This document shows positions 10,260 to 18,585 of a stretch of DNA of 64,000 nucleotides, piece by piece (position 1 is the first letter of the stretch; each line of letters begins with the position of its first letter). Source of the DNA: an uncultured Gemmatimonadaceae bacterium (GTDB lineage Bacteria; Latescibacterota; UBA2968; UBA8231); contig CAZPXM010000002.1 in NCBI GenBank assembly GCA_964591015.1, positions 4,342 through 68,341 of the forward strand, read 5' to 3'. The position numbers and the translations under genes are program-made. The notes beneath the pieces are model-generated. The model did not search any database. It was not told the origin of the DNA and saw nothing but the letters and a program-made list of their open reading frames with translations.

Positions 10260-11981
10260 CTACGCCAGCACCTGCCGCCTGGCGTAGTGGGTGTGGAGCA
10301 ACTGGTGGCTCCGCTCGCCCAGCGGCTCGCCCAGGTACTCGGCGTAGACCCGCTTGATCATCGGGTTGCTGTAGGAGGTGCGGATGCTCGCCTGCGCGTC
10401 GATCCGGTACAGGCTGGCCAGCCGGGCGCGCACATTGTCCGCGACGAGACCGATGGGCTGGCCGCCGCCGTTGACGCAGCCACCGGGGCAGGTCATCACC
10501 TCGATGAAGTGCAGGGAGCGGTGCCCCCCGCGCACCGCCTCGAGCAGGCGCCGGGCGTTGCCCAGCCCACTGACCACGGCCACGGCCAGCTCCACGTCGC
10601 CGACCGTCACGCGCGCCTCCTTGGTGCCTTCGAGACCGCGCACCGCCCGCACCTCGAGCTCGGCCATGTGCTGGCCGGTGAGCAGGTAGTGGGCAGTGCG
10701 CACCGCCGCCTCCATGACGCCGCCGCTGGCGCCGAAGATCTTGCCGGCCGTGCTGCGCCCGCCGAAGGGGCTGTCCGCCGGCTCGGGCTCCAGGCTCTTC
10801 AGGTCCAGACCGCGCCTGCGGAGGATGCGGGCCAGCTCGCGGGTGGTGAGCACCGCGTCCACGTCGGCCAGCCCAGCGGCAGCCATCTCGGGCCGTCCGG
10901 CCTCGAACTTCTTGGCGACGCATGGCATGATGGCCACGGAGAACACCTTGGCCGGAGCCAGGCCCATGCGCGTGGCGTACAGGCTCTTGATCAGCGCGCC
11001 CAGCATCTGCTGGGGGCTCTTGCAGGTCGAGAGGTTGGGGATCATGTCCGGGTAGAACTGCTCGACGAACTTGATCCATCCCGGCGAGCAGCTCGTCATC
11101 ATCGGCAGCACGCCGCCGGTGCGGAGGCGGTGGACCAGCTCCGACGCTTCCTCCATGATGGTGAGGTCGGCCGAGAACGACGTGTCGAAGACGCGGGCGA
11201 AGCCGAGCCGGCGCAGCGCCGCGGTCAACAGGCCGTCCACGTCCGTGCCCGGCTTCATGCCGAACTCCTCGCCCAGCGTCACGGAGATGCTCGGGGCATG
11301 CTGGACGACCACGTGGCGCTCAGGATCGCTCAGCGCCGCCAGCACCTCCTTGATCGAGCTCTGCTCGCGCAGGGCGCCGGTGGGGCAGACCATGATGCAC
11401 TGGCCGCAGTTGACGCACGACGACACGTTGAGCCCCCGATCAAAGGCGGTGCCGATCTTCGTGCGGCTGCCGCGGCCGATGAAATCGATGGCCGCCACGC
11501 CCTGGATCTCCTCGCAGACCCGCACGCACTTGCCGCACAGGATGCACTTCTCTGGATCGCGCACGATGGACGGACTGGACACATCCAGCCTGAGTCGGTT
11601 GCGCGTGCCGGGGTAGCGCCGCTCGCTCACGCCCTGGTTCTCGGCCAGGCTCTGCAGCGCGCAGTTGCCGCTGCGCACGCAGTACAGACAGTCGTCGGGA
11701 TGGTTGGCCAGCAGCAGCTCGACGATCGTCTTGCGGGCACGCACGGCCCGGGGCGAGTGCGTCTGGATCTTCATGCCCTCGGCCACCGGATACGCGCAGC
11801 TCGGCACCAGCGTGCGCATGCCCTCGACCTCGACCACGCACAGGCGGCACGCGCCGCTCGGCACGAGCTCCGGCATGTGGCACAGGGTCGGCACATGGAT
11901 GCCGTTGCGCCTGAGCACCTGCAGGATCGTCTCTCCCTCGTTGCCGGTCAGCTTCCGCTCGTTCACCTCGATGGTGACCAT
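10260..11981 (-). CDS. hydA: [FeFe] hydrogenase catalytic subunit (M3-type; 2Fe-2S, His-ligated 4Fe-4S, 2x 4Fe-4S, H-cluster domain), alpha subunit of HydABC
   Basis: It has the ferredoxin-like N-terminus, HPDDCLYCVRSGNC, CILCGKCVRVC and CVNCGQCIMVCP. L2 is MPCVAKKFE and L3 is EVMTCPGGCVNGGGQP. L1 reads TSCSPGW rather than the canonical TSCCPxW, which is unusual (see findings). Confidence 0.9.
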   Translation of the reverse strand: MVTIEVNERKLTGNEGETILQVLRRNGIHVPTLCHMPELVPSGACRLCVVEVEGMRTLVPSCAYPVAEGMKIQTHSPRAVRARKTIVELLLANHPDDCLYCVRSGNCALQSLAENQGVSERRYPGTRNRLRLDVSSPSIVRDPEKCILCGKCVRVCEEIQGVAAIDFIGRGSRTKIGTAFDRGLNVSSCVNCGQCIMVCPTGALREQSSIKEVLAALSDPERHVVVQHAPSISVTLGEEFGMKPGTDVDGLLTAALRRLGFARVFDTSFSADLTIMEEASELVHRLRTGGVLPMMTSCSPGWIKFVEQFYPDMIPNLSTCKSPQQMLGALIKSLYATRMGLAPAKVFSVAIMPCVAKKFEAGRPEMAAAGLADVDAVLTTRELARILRRRGLDLKSLEPEPADSPFGGRSTAGKIFGASGGVMEAAVRTAHYLLTGQHMAELEVRAVRGLEGTKEARVTVGDVELAVAVVSGLGNARRLLEAVRGGHRSLHFIEVMTCPGGCVNGGGQPIGLVADNVRARLASLYRIDAQASIRTSYSNPMIKRVYAEYLGEPLGERSHQLLHTHYARRQVLA

Positions 11982-11993
11982 TGGCCTTCCTCG

Positions 11994-13955
11994 CTAGTGG
12001 ACCAACACGGCGCCGGCCGGGCACACCGCCAGGCAGTTGCCGCACGCGATGCACTTCTCGGCGACGATGTAGTGCGGGCTCTTCGCCGCGCCCATGATGG
12101 CTTCGCTGGGGCATTGCCGGGCGCACAGGGTGCAGCCCTGGCAGCGGTCAGCGTCGATCGCGTAAATGAGCAGGTCCTTGCACGCCCGGGCGGGACAGCG
12201 ACGCTCGAACACGTGCGCTTCATACTCGTCGCGGAACCAGCGGAGGGTGCTGAGCACGGGGTTGGGCGCTGTCTGGCCCAGGCCGCACAGGCTCGTATCC
12301 TGGATGGCCCTGGCGAGCCGATCCATGGACATGACGCCCTTGAAGCGCTCGAGGGCATCGGCCTTGACCTCCTCGCGGCGGTGGCTGGTGGTGATGCGCG
12401 TGAGGATGTCGAGCATGCGGTTCGTGCCCTCGCGGCATGGAATGCACTTGCCGCAGCTCTCCCGCTGGATGAAGTCCATGAAGAACTTGGCCACGTCCAC
12501 CATGCAGGTGCTCTCGTCCATGACCACCAGTCCACCGGAACCCATCATCGCGCCCACGGTCTTCAGCGACTCGTAGTCCACCTCGATGTCCAGGTGCTGC
12601 GCCGGGATGCAGCCACCGGAGGGACCGCCGATCTGCGCCGCCTTGAAGGCCTTGCCGTCGCGGATGCCGCCGCCGATGTCGAAGACGATCCGGCGCACCG
12701 TGGTTCCCATGGCGACCTCCACCAGACCCGGGCGCGCCACCTTGCCGGACAGGGCGAATACCTTCGTGCCCTTGCTGCCTGCGGTGCCCACCGCCGCGAA
12801 CGCCTCGGCGCCGTGGCGGACCACCGTGGGGATGTTGGCCAGCGTCTCCACGTTGTTGATGATCGTCGGCTTGCCGAACAGGCCGGACACGGCCGGGAAC
12901 GGCGGCCGCGGCCGCGGCATGCCGCGCCGCCCCTCGATGCTGGCGATCAGCGCGGTCTCCTCCCCGCAGACGAATGCGCCGGCGCCCTTCTTGATGACGA
13001 ACTCCAGCTCGAAGCCGCTCTGCAGGATGTTGGTGCCGACCAGACCGTAGGCGCGCGCCTGGTCCAACGCGCGCTCCAGGCGCTCGATGGCCAGCGGGTA
13101 CTCGGCGCGGATGTAGACATACGCCTTGGTGGCGCCGATGGCGTAGGCGGCGATCGCCATGCCCTCGATGAGACGGTGGGGGTCGCCCTCGATGACCGCC
13201 CGATCCATGAAAGCGCCGGGATCGCCCTCGTCCGCATTGCAGACCAGGAATCGCTGGTGCTCGCGCTGCTGCAGGGCGAGACGCCATTTCCTGCCGGTGG
13301 GGAAACCGCCGCCGCCGCGGCCGCGCAGGCCGCTGCGCTCGACCAGGTCGCACAGCTCCTCGCGGGTGTACTCGCGCAGGGCGCGGGCCAGCGCGCGGTA
13401 GCCGTCGCGGCTCAGGTACTCCTCGATCCGGTCCGGGTCGATGAGGCCGCAGTTGGCCAGGACCCAGCGAGTCTGCGCGGCGAAGAAGGGATGCTCGTCC
13501 AGGTACGGAACCCCGTCGTGCGGGGTCAGCGCAGGATGGCGATGCTGGCCGAGCGCGGCTCCCGCAGGGATCGCTCCGGCCAGCGTCTGGTCGAGAAGAG
13601 CGGGCACCTTGTCCGCCCCGATCTCGGCGAAGCAGACCCGCGTGCGGCCCGGCAGCTGGACGTCCACCAATGGCTCGGCGGCGCACAGCCCGATGCAGCC
13701 GACCGTGACGACGTCGGCGTCGACGCGGCGGTCGGCCAGATGCTGGCGCACCCGCTGCAGAGTCTGGAGGGCGCCTGCACCCAGGCCGCAGGTGCCGGCG
13801 CCGACGTAGATGGTCGGCCGCTCCACCCGGTCGCGGCGCAGCGGCGCCAGCGCGGCACGCATCTCGTCGTGCAGGTCGGGGTCGCGGGCCAGGCCGCCGA
13901 CGAGCTCGCGGCACAATGCCGCGGCGGCCTCGGTTCTGTCACTGAGCACGGTCAT
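11994..13955 (-). CDS. hydB: NADH-binding flavoprotein subunit of the bifurcating-type hydrogenase (NuoF-like, N-terminal thioredoxin-like 2Fe-2S and C-terminal 2x[4Fe-4S])
   Basis: It has an FMN/NADH site (GRGGGGFPTGRKW), an SLBB domain, ESCGKCIPCREG, and C-terminal CQGCTLCARQCP and CIACGNCLAVCP. Confidence 0.9.
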   Translation of the reverse strand: MTVLSDRTEAAAALCRELVGGLARDPDLHDEMRAALAPLRRDRVERPTIYVGAGTCGLGAGALQTLQRVRQHLADRRVDADVVTVGCIGLCAAEPLVDVQLPGRTRVCFAEIGADKVPALLDQTLAGAIPAGAALGQHRHPALTPHDGVPYLDEHPFFAAQTRWVLANCGLIDPDRIEEYLSRDGYRALARALREYTREELCDLVERSGLRGRGGGGFPTGRKWRLALQQREHQRFLVCNADEGDPGAFMDRAVIEGDPHRLIEGMAIAAYAIGATKAYVYIRAEYPLAIERLERALDQARAYGLVGTNILQSGFELEFVIKKGAGAFVCGEETALIASIEGRRGMPRPRPPFPAVSGLFGKPTIINNVETLANIPTVVRHGAEAFAAVGTAGSKGTKVFALSGKVARPGLVEVAMGTTVRRIVFDIGGGIRDGKAFKAAQIGGPSGGCIPAQHLDIEVDYESLKTVGAMMGSGGLVVMDESTCMVDVAKFFMDFIQRESCGKCIPCREGTNRMLDILTRITTSHRREEVKADALERFKGVMSMDRLARAIQDTSLCGLGQTAPNPVLSTLRWFRDEYEAHVFERRCPARACKDLLIYAIDADRCQGCTLCARQCPSEAIMGAAKSPHYIVAEKCIACGNCLAVCPAGAVLVH

Positions 13956-14430
13956 GCTTCGCCTCCAGCTGCTTGCGCCACTGGGCCAGGACGCGCCGCA
14001 TCCGCTTCGGCGTCATCTTGGCGTGGAACTCCCCGTTGGTAGTGATGACCGGCGCCTGCCCGCAGGCACCGATGCACGCCACCACCTCCAGACTGAAATC
14101 GCCGTTCCGCGTGGTCTGGCCCGCCTTGATCTCCAGCTCGCGCTCGAGGGCGGCGAGGATCTCCGCCGAGTTGTTGACGTGGCAGGCGGTGCCGCGGCAC
14201 ACCTGGATGTGACAGCGGCCGGGCGGGGTGAAGCGGAACTGGTTGTAGAACGTCGCGACACCGAACACCTTGCTCGTCGCCAGTCCCAGGTGGGCGCCGA
14301 TCTGCGCCGCCGCCGCCTCGGAGACATACCCGTCGCGCTCCTGCACCTCCTGCAGGATCGCGACGAGCGAATCCCGCCCGGCACGCGGGTGGCGGGCGAG
14401 GATCTCCTGGATATCCGCTGGGGTTCCCAT
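13939..14430 (-). CDS. hydC: Thioredoxin-like [2Fe-2S] ferredoxin subunit (NuoE-like), gamma subunit of HydABC
   Basis: A 163-aa product with CHIQVCRGTAC...CIGACGQAP. It overlaps the hydB start by 17 nt. Confidence 0.85.
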   Translation of the reverse strand: MGTPADIQEILARHPRAGRDSLVAILQEVQERDGYVSEAAAAQIGAHLGLATSKVFGVATFYNQFRFTPPGRCHIQVCRGTACHVNNSAEILAALERELEIKAGQTTRNGDFSLEVVACIGACGQAPVITTNGEFHAKMTPKRMRRVLAQWRKQLEAKHDRAQ

Positions 14431-14443
14431 CGCTGCCCTCTCC

Positions 14444-15199
14444 TCATCCCTTTCTCTTGCGGGCGAAGTACGCGACCGTCTCGAGTCTGACTGCCAGGTC
14501 CACGTTCTCCACGTAGACCAGCGACGGCACCTTGAGGGGCACGGGCGCGAAGTTCAGGATGCCCGTGATCCCGGCGGCCACCAGCTGGTCGGCTGTCTGC
14601 TGCGCCGCCTCGGCCGGCACCGCGACGATGCCGACCGTGATCTTCTCGGCCCGGATCACCTCTTGCAGCTGCTCCACTCGATAGCAGCGGCAACCCAGCA
14701 GCACGCGGTCCATCTTCTGGGGCTCCACGTCAAAGGCGGCCACGACCTGCAGGCCGGGCCGCCGGCTGCCGCTGAAGTAGGCGAGCACAGCGCGTCCCAG
14801 ATTGCCGATGCCCACCAAGGCTGCTTGCTGTCCCTCGGGAGCATCGAGGCAGGCGGTGATGTCCGCCAGCAGCCGCCGCACCGCATACCCCGTGGACGGG
14901 TTCCCCGAGTGGCCGAGCTCCATGATGTCGCGCCGCACCTGGGCGGCCGACACGCCGGCGGCCTGCGCCAGTTCGTGCGAATGGCACCGTGACCGGCTCC
15001 CGGGGGCGGCGGGTCTTGCGCCGCACGCCGCGATGCCCGGCGCCCAGCGCGGTTCGCCGCCGCTGCGGGTGGCGGCTGCGCAGCGCGCAGCACCCATCGT
15101 GGCCGGTCTCGACAGAGACCGCAGCGTTCGCCGCCATGCTCTGCCGAACGTGGACCAGCGAGGGGATCCCTCCTGCCCCGGGGTGCGTGAAACCGGCAT
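14444..15199 (-). CDS. rex: Rex-family redox-sensing transcriptional regulator (NADH/NAD+ sensor), atypical N-terminus
   Basis: The recognition helix and wing (HELAQAAGVSAAQVRRDIMELGHSGNPSTGYAV), the Rossmann GIGNLGRAVLAY, and the C-terminal ILNFAPVPL...VENVDLAVRLETVAYF all match Rex. The first 45 aa or so do not resemble the Rex H1 helix. The start is the ATG at 15199 with an AAGGA RBS. The gene sits 13 nt upstream of hydC. Confidence 0.6.
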   Translation of the reverse strand: MPVSRTPGQEGSPRWSTFGRAWRRTLRSLSRPATMGAARCAAATRSGGEPRWAPGIAACGARPAAPGSRSRCHSHELAQAAGVSAAQVRRDIMELGHSGNPSTGYAVRRLLADITACLDAPEGQQAALVGIGNLGRAVLAYFSGSRRPGLQVVAAFDVEPQKMDRVLLGCRCYRVEQLQEVIRAEKITVGIVAVPAEAAQQTADQLVAAGITGILNFAPVPLKVPSLVYVENVDLAVRLETVAYFARKRKG

Positions 15200-15442
15200 G
15201 CGACCTATTTTCCTTGCCCTCGCGGCGCTGTGGATGGCGGTGCGTCCCACTCCTTGCAGCGTGCTGGGCGCCAGTGTCTCGGCGCGCTCTCGTCGCGTCG
15301 AGGGGCGACAGGACGCGCAGGGTTGGCCGGCAGTGCCGCCCGTCGAGCGGGTGGGACGAGGGATGGCGTGCTTCCGTGCTCCAGGCGAGGGTGCGGAGCT
15401 CGCGCTGGCGCGTTTCCGGCGTTCGGAGAGGACGAGAGCGAG

Positions 15443-17263
15443 ATGAAGGGCAATCGAGCGGCAGTGGTTCGCGAGATCTGCCAGGCGTACGGCCGCGATC
15501 GCCGCCGCATGATGGACATCGTCCGGAGTGTCCAGCAGGCGTTCGGCTGCGTGCCTGGCGATCTCATGGAGGCGATCGCGGCCGAGACCGGCACGCATCG
15601 GGTCGAGGTGGAGAGCGTGGTGTCGTTCTACGCCTTCCTCTCCGGCCGGCCGCGGGGCAAGGTGGTGATCCGCCTGTGCAGCGACGTGATCGACGAGATG
15701 ATGGGTGCGCGGCCGGTCGCGCAGGCCTTCGCGGCGGAACTGGGCATCGAACCCGGCCAGACGACGGCGGACGGCGCCATCGGTCTGGAATGGACCCCCT
15801 GCATCGGCATGTGCGATCAGGCTCCGGCCGCCATGGTCAACGACGTGATCGTCACGGAGCTGACCGGCGACAAGGCCCGCGACATCGCTCGGTCGCTCAG
15901 GAAGCACCTCCAGCCCGAGCTGCTGGTGCGCGGCTACGGCGACGGGAACAACGCCCATCCACTGGTGCAGGCGATGGTCCACAACAACATCCGCCGCCGG
16001 GGCGAGGTCGTGCTGGCGCCGATGCTCGCAGGCGAGGCCCTGCGCAAGGCCGTGGCCATGACGCCGGCGGAAGTGATCCGCGACCTGAACACCGCGCGGC
16101 TGCGCGGCCGCGGCGGGGCCGGATTCCCGACGGGCATGAAATGGAGCTTCACGCGGCGGGCAGCGGGCGAGCGCCGGTACGTGATCTGCAACGCGGACGA
16201 GGGGGAGCCCGGGACGTTCAAGGACCGGGTCATCCTCACGGAATGCCCGGATCTGGTCTTCGAGGGGATGGCCATCGGCGGCTATGCGGTGGGCGCCGCG
16301 GAGGGGATCGTGTACCTGCGCGCGGAATACGCCTACCTCCGCCGGTACCTCGAGAGCGTGCTGCAGGCCCGTCGCGAGCGCGGCCTGCTCGGCAAGGGCA
16401 TCTGCGGCAAGGCTGGTTTCGACTTCGACATCCGCATCCAGATGGGAGCCGGCGCCTACGTCTGCGGCGAGGAGACCGCTCTCATCAGCTCCTGCGAGGG
16501 CGAGCGCGGGGATCCCAGGAACCGGCCGCCGTTCCCGGCCGAGAGGGGGTACCTCGGGCAGCCCACGACCGTCAACAACGTCGAGACCTTCTGCTGCGTG
16601 GCGCGAATCCTCGAGAAGGGACCGGGATGGTTCGTGCAGATGGGGTCGAGCGGCAGCCCGGGGACCAAGCTGCTGTCCATCTCCGGCGACTGCAAGGTCC
16701 CGGGCGTGTACGAGGTGCCTTTCGGGATCCCGGTGCGCGACTTGCTGGAGATGGCCGGCGGCGGGGACGCGGCGGCGGTGCAGGTGGGCGGCCCGAGCGG
16801 GCAGATGATCGGGCCCGCCGAGTTCGGTCGCAAGATCTGCTACGACGACCTGGCGACGGGCGGTGCGCTGATGGTGTTCGGGCCCGAGCGGGACCTGCTG
16901 TGGGTCGTGGACAAGTTCATGGAGTTCTTCGTCCACGAGAGCTGCGGCTACTGCACGCCGTGCCGGGTCGGCAACGTCCTGCTGCGCAGGCGCCTGAACG
17001 AGGTGCGGCAGGGCCTCGGCACGGCCGCGGATCTGCAGTACCTGCAGGAGCTGGGCACGACGGTGAAGTCGGCTAGCCGGTGTGGTCTGGGGCAGACCTC
17101 GTCCCATCCGATCCTGAGCACGCTGAAGAACTTCCGGCATCTGTACGAGGCCCGGCTCAAGAAGGTGGACGACGGCATGGTGGCCACCTTCGACCTGCGC
17201 GCGGCGGTGGCGGCGGCAGAGAGGCTCGCAGGCCGTTCTTCAGCGCACTCACATGCTCGATAG
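15443..17263 (+). CDS. hoxF: NAD(P)-linked [NiFe] hydrogenase diaphorase subunit, fused HoxE-HoxF (NuoE-like 2Fe-2S plus NuoF-like FMN/NADH/4Fe-4S)
   Basis: The N-terminus has LCSDVIDEMMG...CIGMCDQAP (NuoE-type). It is followed by GRGGAGFPTGMKW and ESCGYCTPCRVG. The start is the ATG at 15443, after GGAGAGGACGAGAG. Confidence 0.85.
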   Translation: MKGNRAAVVREICQAYGRDRRRMMDIVRSVQQAFGCVPGDLMEAIAAETGTHRVEVESVVSFYAFLSGRPRGKVVIRLCSDVIDEMMGARPVAQAFAAELGIEPGQTTADGAIGLEWTPCIGMCDQAPAAMVNDVIVTELTGDKARDIARSLRKHLQPELLVRGYGDGNNAHPLVQAMVHNNIRRRGEVVLAPMLAGEALRKAVAMTPAEVIRDLNTARLRGRGGAGFPTGMKWSFTRRAAGERRYVICNADEGEPGTFKDRVILTECPDLVFEGMAIGGYAVGAAEGIVYLRAEYAYLRRYLESVLQARRERGLLGKGICGKAGFDFDIRIQMGAGAYVCGEETALISSCEGERGDPRNRPPFPAERGYLGQPTTVNNVETFCCVARILEKGPGWFVQMGSSGSPGTKLLSISGDCKVPGVYEVPFGIPVRDLLEMAGGGDAAAVQVGGPSGQMIGPAEFGRKICYDDLATGGALMVFGPERDLLWVVDKFMEFFVHESCGYCTPCRVGNVLLRRRLNEVRQGLGTAADLQYLQELGTTVKSASRCGLGQTSSHPILSTLKNFRHLYEARLKKVDDGMVATFDLRAAVAAAERLAGRSSAHSHAR

Positions 17264-17273
17264 GGGCCGAGCC

Positions 17274-17984
17274 ATGGGCGACAAGATCGCATTCACCATC
17301 GACGGCAAGGAGATCCAGGCAGAACCGGGCCGGACGATTCTCGTGGCGGCCGAGGAGGCGGGGGTGTACATCCCCCGGCTGTGCGCGCACCGGGAGCTGC
17401 GGCCCCACGGGAGCTGCCGGGTGTGCACCGTGCTGGTCAACGGGCGGCCCCAGGCGGCATGCACGCAGCCGGTGGCCGGCGGGGCGGTCGTCGAGAACGA
17501 CACGCCGCAGTTGCTGGAGATCCGCCGGCAGATCGTCGAGATGCTCTTCGTCGAGGGCAACCACTACTGCATGTTCTGCGAGAAGAGCGGCAACTGCGAG
17601 CTGCAGGCGCTGGCCTATCGCTTCGGCATCACGGCGCCACGGTTCCCGTACCTGTTCCCCGAGCGAGACGTGGACGCCACCCATCCCGACATCCTCATCG
17701 ACCGGAATCGCTGCGTGCTGTGCGGCAGATGCGTGCGTGCCTCGCGCGACGTGGACGGCAAGAACGTCTTCCAGTTCGTCGGCCGCGGGCCGCACAAGCG
17801 CATCGCGGTCAACGCCGAAGCCAACCTTGCGGACACCGACGCCGCGGTGACGGACAAGGCGATAGAGGTCTGCCCCGTGGGAGCGATCCTGCGCAAGCGC
17901 GAGGGTTACCGCGTGCCGGTGGGCAGACGCGCATACGACACCAAGCCGATCGGCGCGGATATCGAGCGGACCACCGCCCGCTAG
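17274..17984 (+). CDS. hoxU: [NiFe] hydrogenase diaphorase Fe-S subunit HoxU (NuoG N-terminal-like: 2Fe-2S, His-4Fe-4S, 4Fe-4S)
   Basis: Cys/His clusters: CAHRELRPHGSCRVCTV, HYCMFCEKSGNCELQ and CVLCGRCVRAS...CPVGAI. Confidence 0.85.
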   Translation: MGDKIAFTIDGKEIQAEPGRTILVAAEEAGVYIPRLCAHRELRPHGSCRVCTVLVNGRPQAACTQPVAGGAVVENDTPQLLEIRRQIVEMLFVEGNHYCMFCEKSGNCELQALAYRFGITAPRFPYLFPERDVDATHPDILIDRNRCVLCGRCVRASRDVDGKNVFQFVGRGPHKRIAVNAEANLADTDAAVTDKAIEVCPVGAILRKREGYRVPVGRRAYDTKPIGADIERTTAR

Positions 17985-18013
17985 CCGGCCGCGCAGATGA
18001 CGAGGAACGGACC

Positions 18014-18559
18014 ATGGCCAAACCGAGAGTCGCGACGACGTCGCTGGCGGGGTGCTTCGGCTGCCACATGTCGCTGCTGGACATCGACGACCGCATCCTC
18101 GAGCTGGTCGAGCTGGTCGAGTTCGACCGGTCGCCGATCGACGACATCAAACACATCGCCCAGCGCTGCGCCATCGGCCTGGTGGAGGGCGGCTGCGCCA
18201 ACGAGGAGAACGTGGCGGTGCTGCGCGAGTTCCGCGCCAACTGCGACGTGCTGGTCTCCGTCGGCGACTGTGCCATCATGGGCGGGGTCCCGGCCCTGCG
18301 GAACAACATCCCCCTGCAGGAGTGCCTCGCCGAGGCCTACCTCAAGGGCCCGACGGTGTACAATCCGAGCGGCAGGATTCCGGACAGCCCGGACATACCT
18401 CTGCTCCTGAACCGGGTCTACCCCTGCCACGAGGTGGTGAGGATCGACTACCACCTGCCCGGTTGCCCACCGCCGGCGGACGCCTTGTGGGCGGCGCTGG
18501 TGGCGCTGCTCGAGGGCAAGCCGCTGGCACTGCCATACGAACTCATCAAGTACGATTGA
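18014..18559 (+). CDS. hoxY: [NiFe] hydrogenase small subunit (group 3 type)
   Basis: Diagnostic motifs: SLAGCFGCHMSLLD, GDCAIMGG and PGCPP. The product is 182 aa. Confidence 0.85.
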   Translation: MAKPRVATTSLAGCFGCHMSLLDIDDRILELVELVEFDRSPIDDIKHIAQRCAIGLVEGGCANEENVAVLREFRANCDVLVSVGDCAIMGGVPALRNNIPLQECLAEAYLKGPTVYNPSGRIPDSPDIPLLLNRVYPCHEVVRIDYHLPGCPPPADALWAALVALLEGKPLALPYELIKYD

Positions 18560-18585
18560 TCGATCGAGCCGACAGGAGGGCCATC

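Noticed and set aside
11071-11100. Possibility that the TSCSP motif in hydA is a sequencing error
   Set aside because: TCG to TGC/TGT needs two substitutions and the surrounding codons are in frame, so I kept it as a genuine, unusual feature rather than dismissing it.
10287-14042. 1251-aa plus-strand ORF antisense to hydA/hydB/hydC
   Set aside because: Its product has no domain signal and is a low-complexity Ala/Gly/Arg/His-rich translation. The minus-strand genes carry unambiguous hydrogenase motifs.
15200-15442. Searched the rex/hoxF divergent intergenic region for a canonical Rex operator (TTGTGAA-N4-TTCACAA)
   Set aside because: No convincing palindrome of that type was visible by eye, so I report no operator feature. 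A position-weight-matrix scan would be needed.
15200-17140. Upstream 650-aa extension of the 898-aa minus-strand ORF that ends in rex
   Set aside because: It is antisense to hoxEF. Rex homology starts only at about 15100, and an RBS plus ATG at 15199 gives a sensible start.
18052-18585. Upstream in-frame extensions of hoxH (ORF from 18052) and hoxY (ORF from 17381)
   Set aside because: These extensions are the neighbouring genes read out of frame. The conserved N-terminal motifs and RBSs support starts at 18586 (TTG) and 18014 (ATG).
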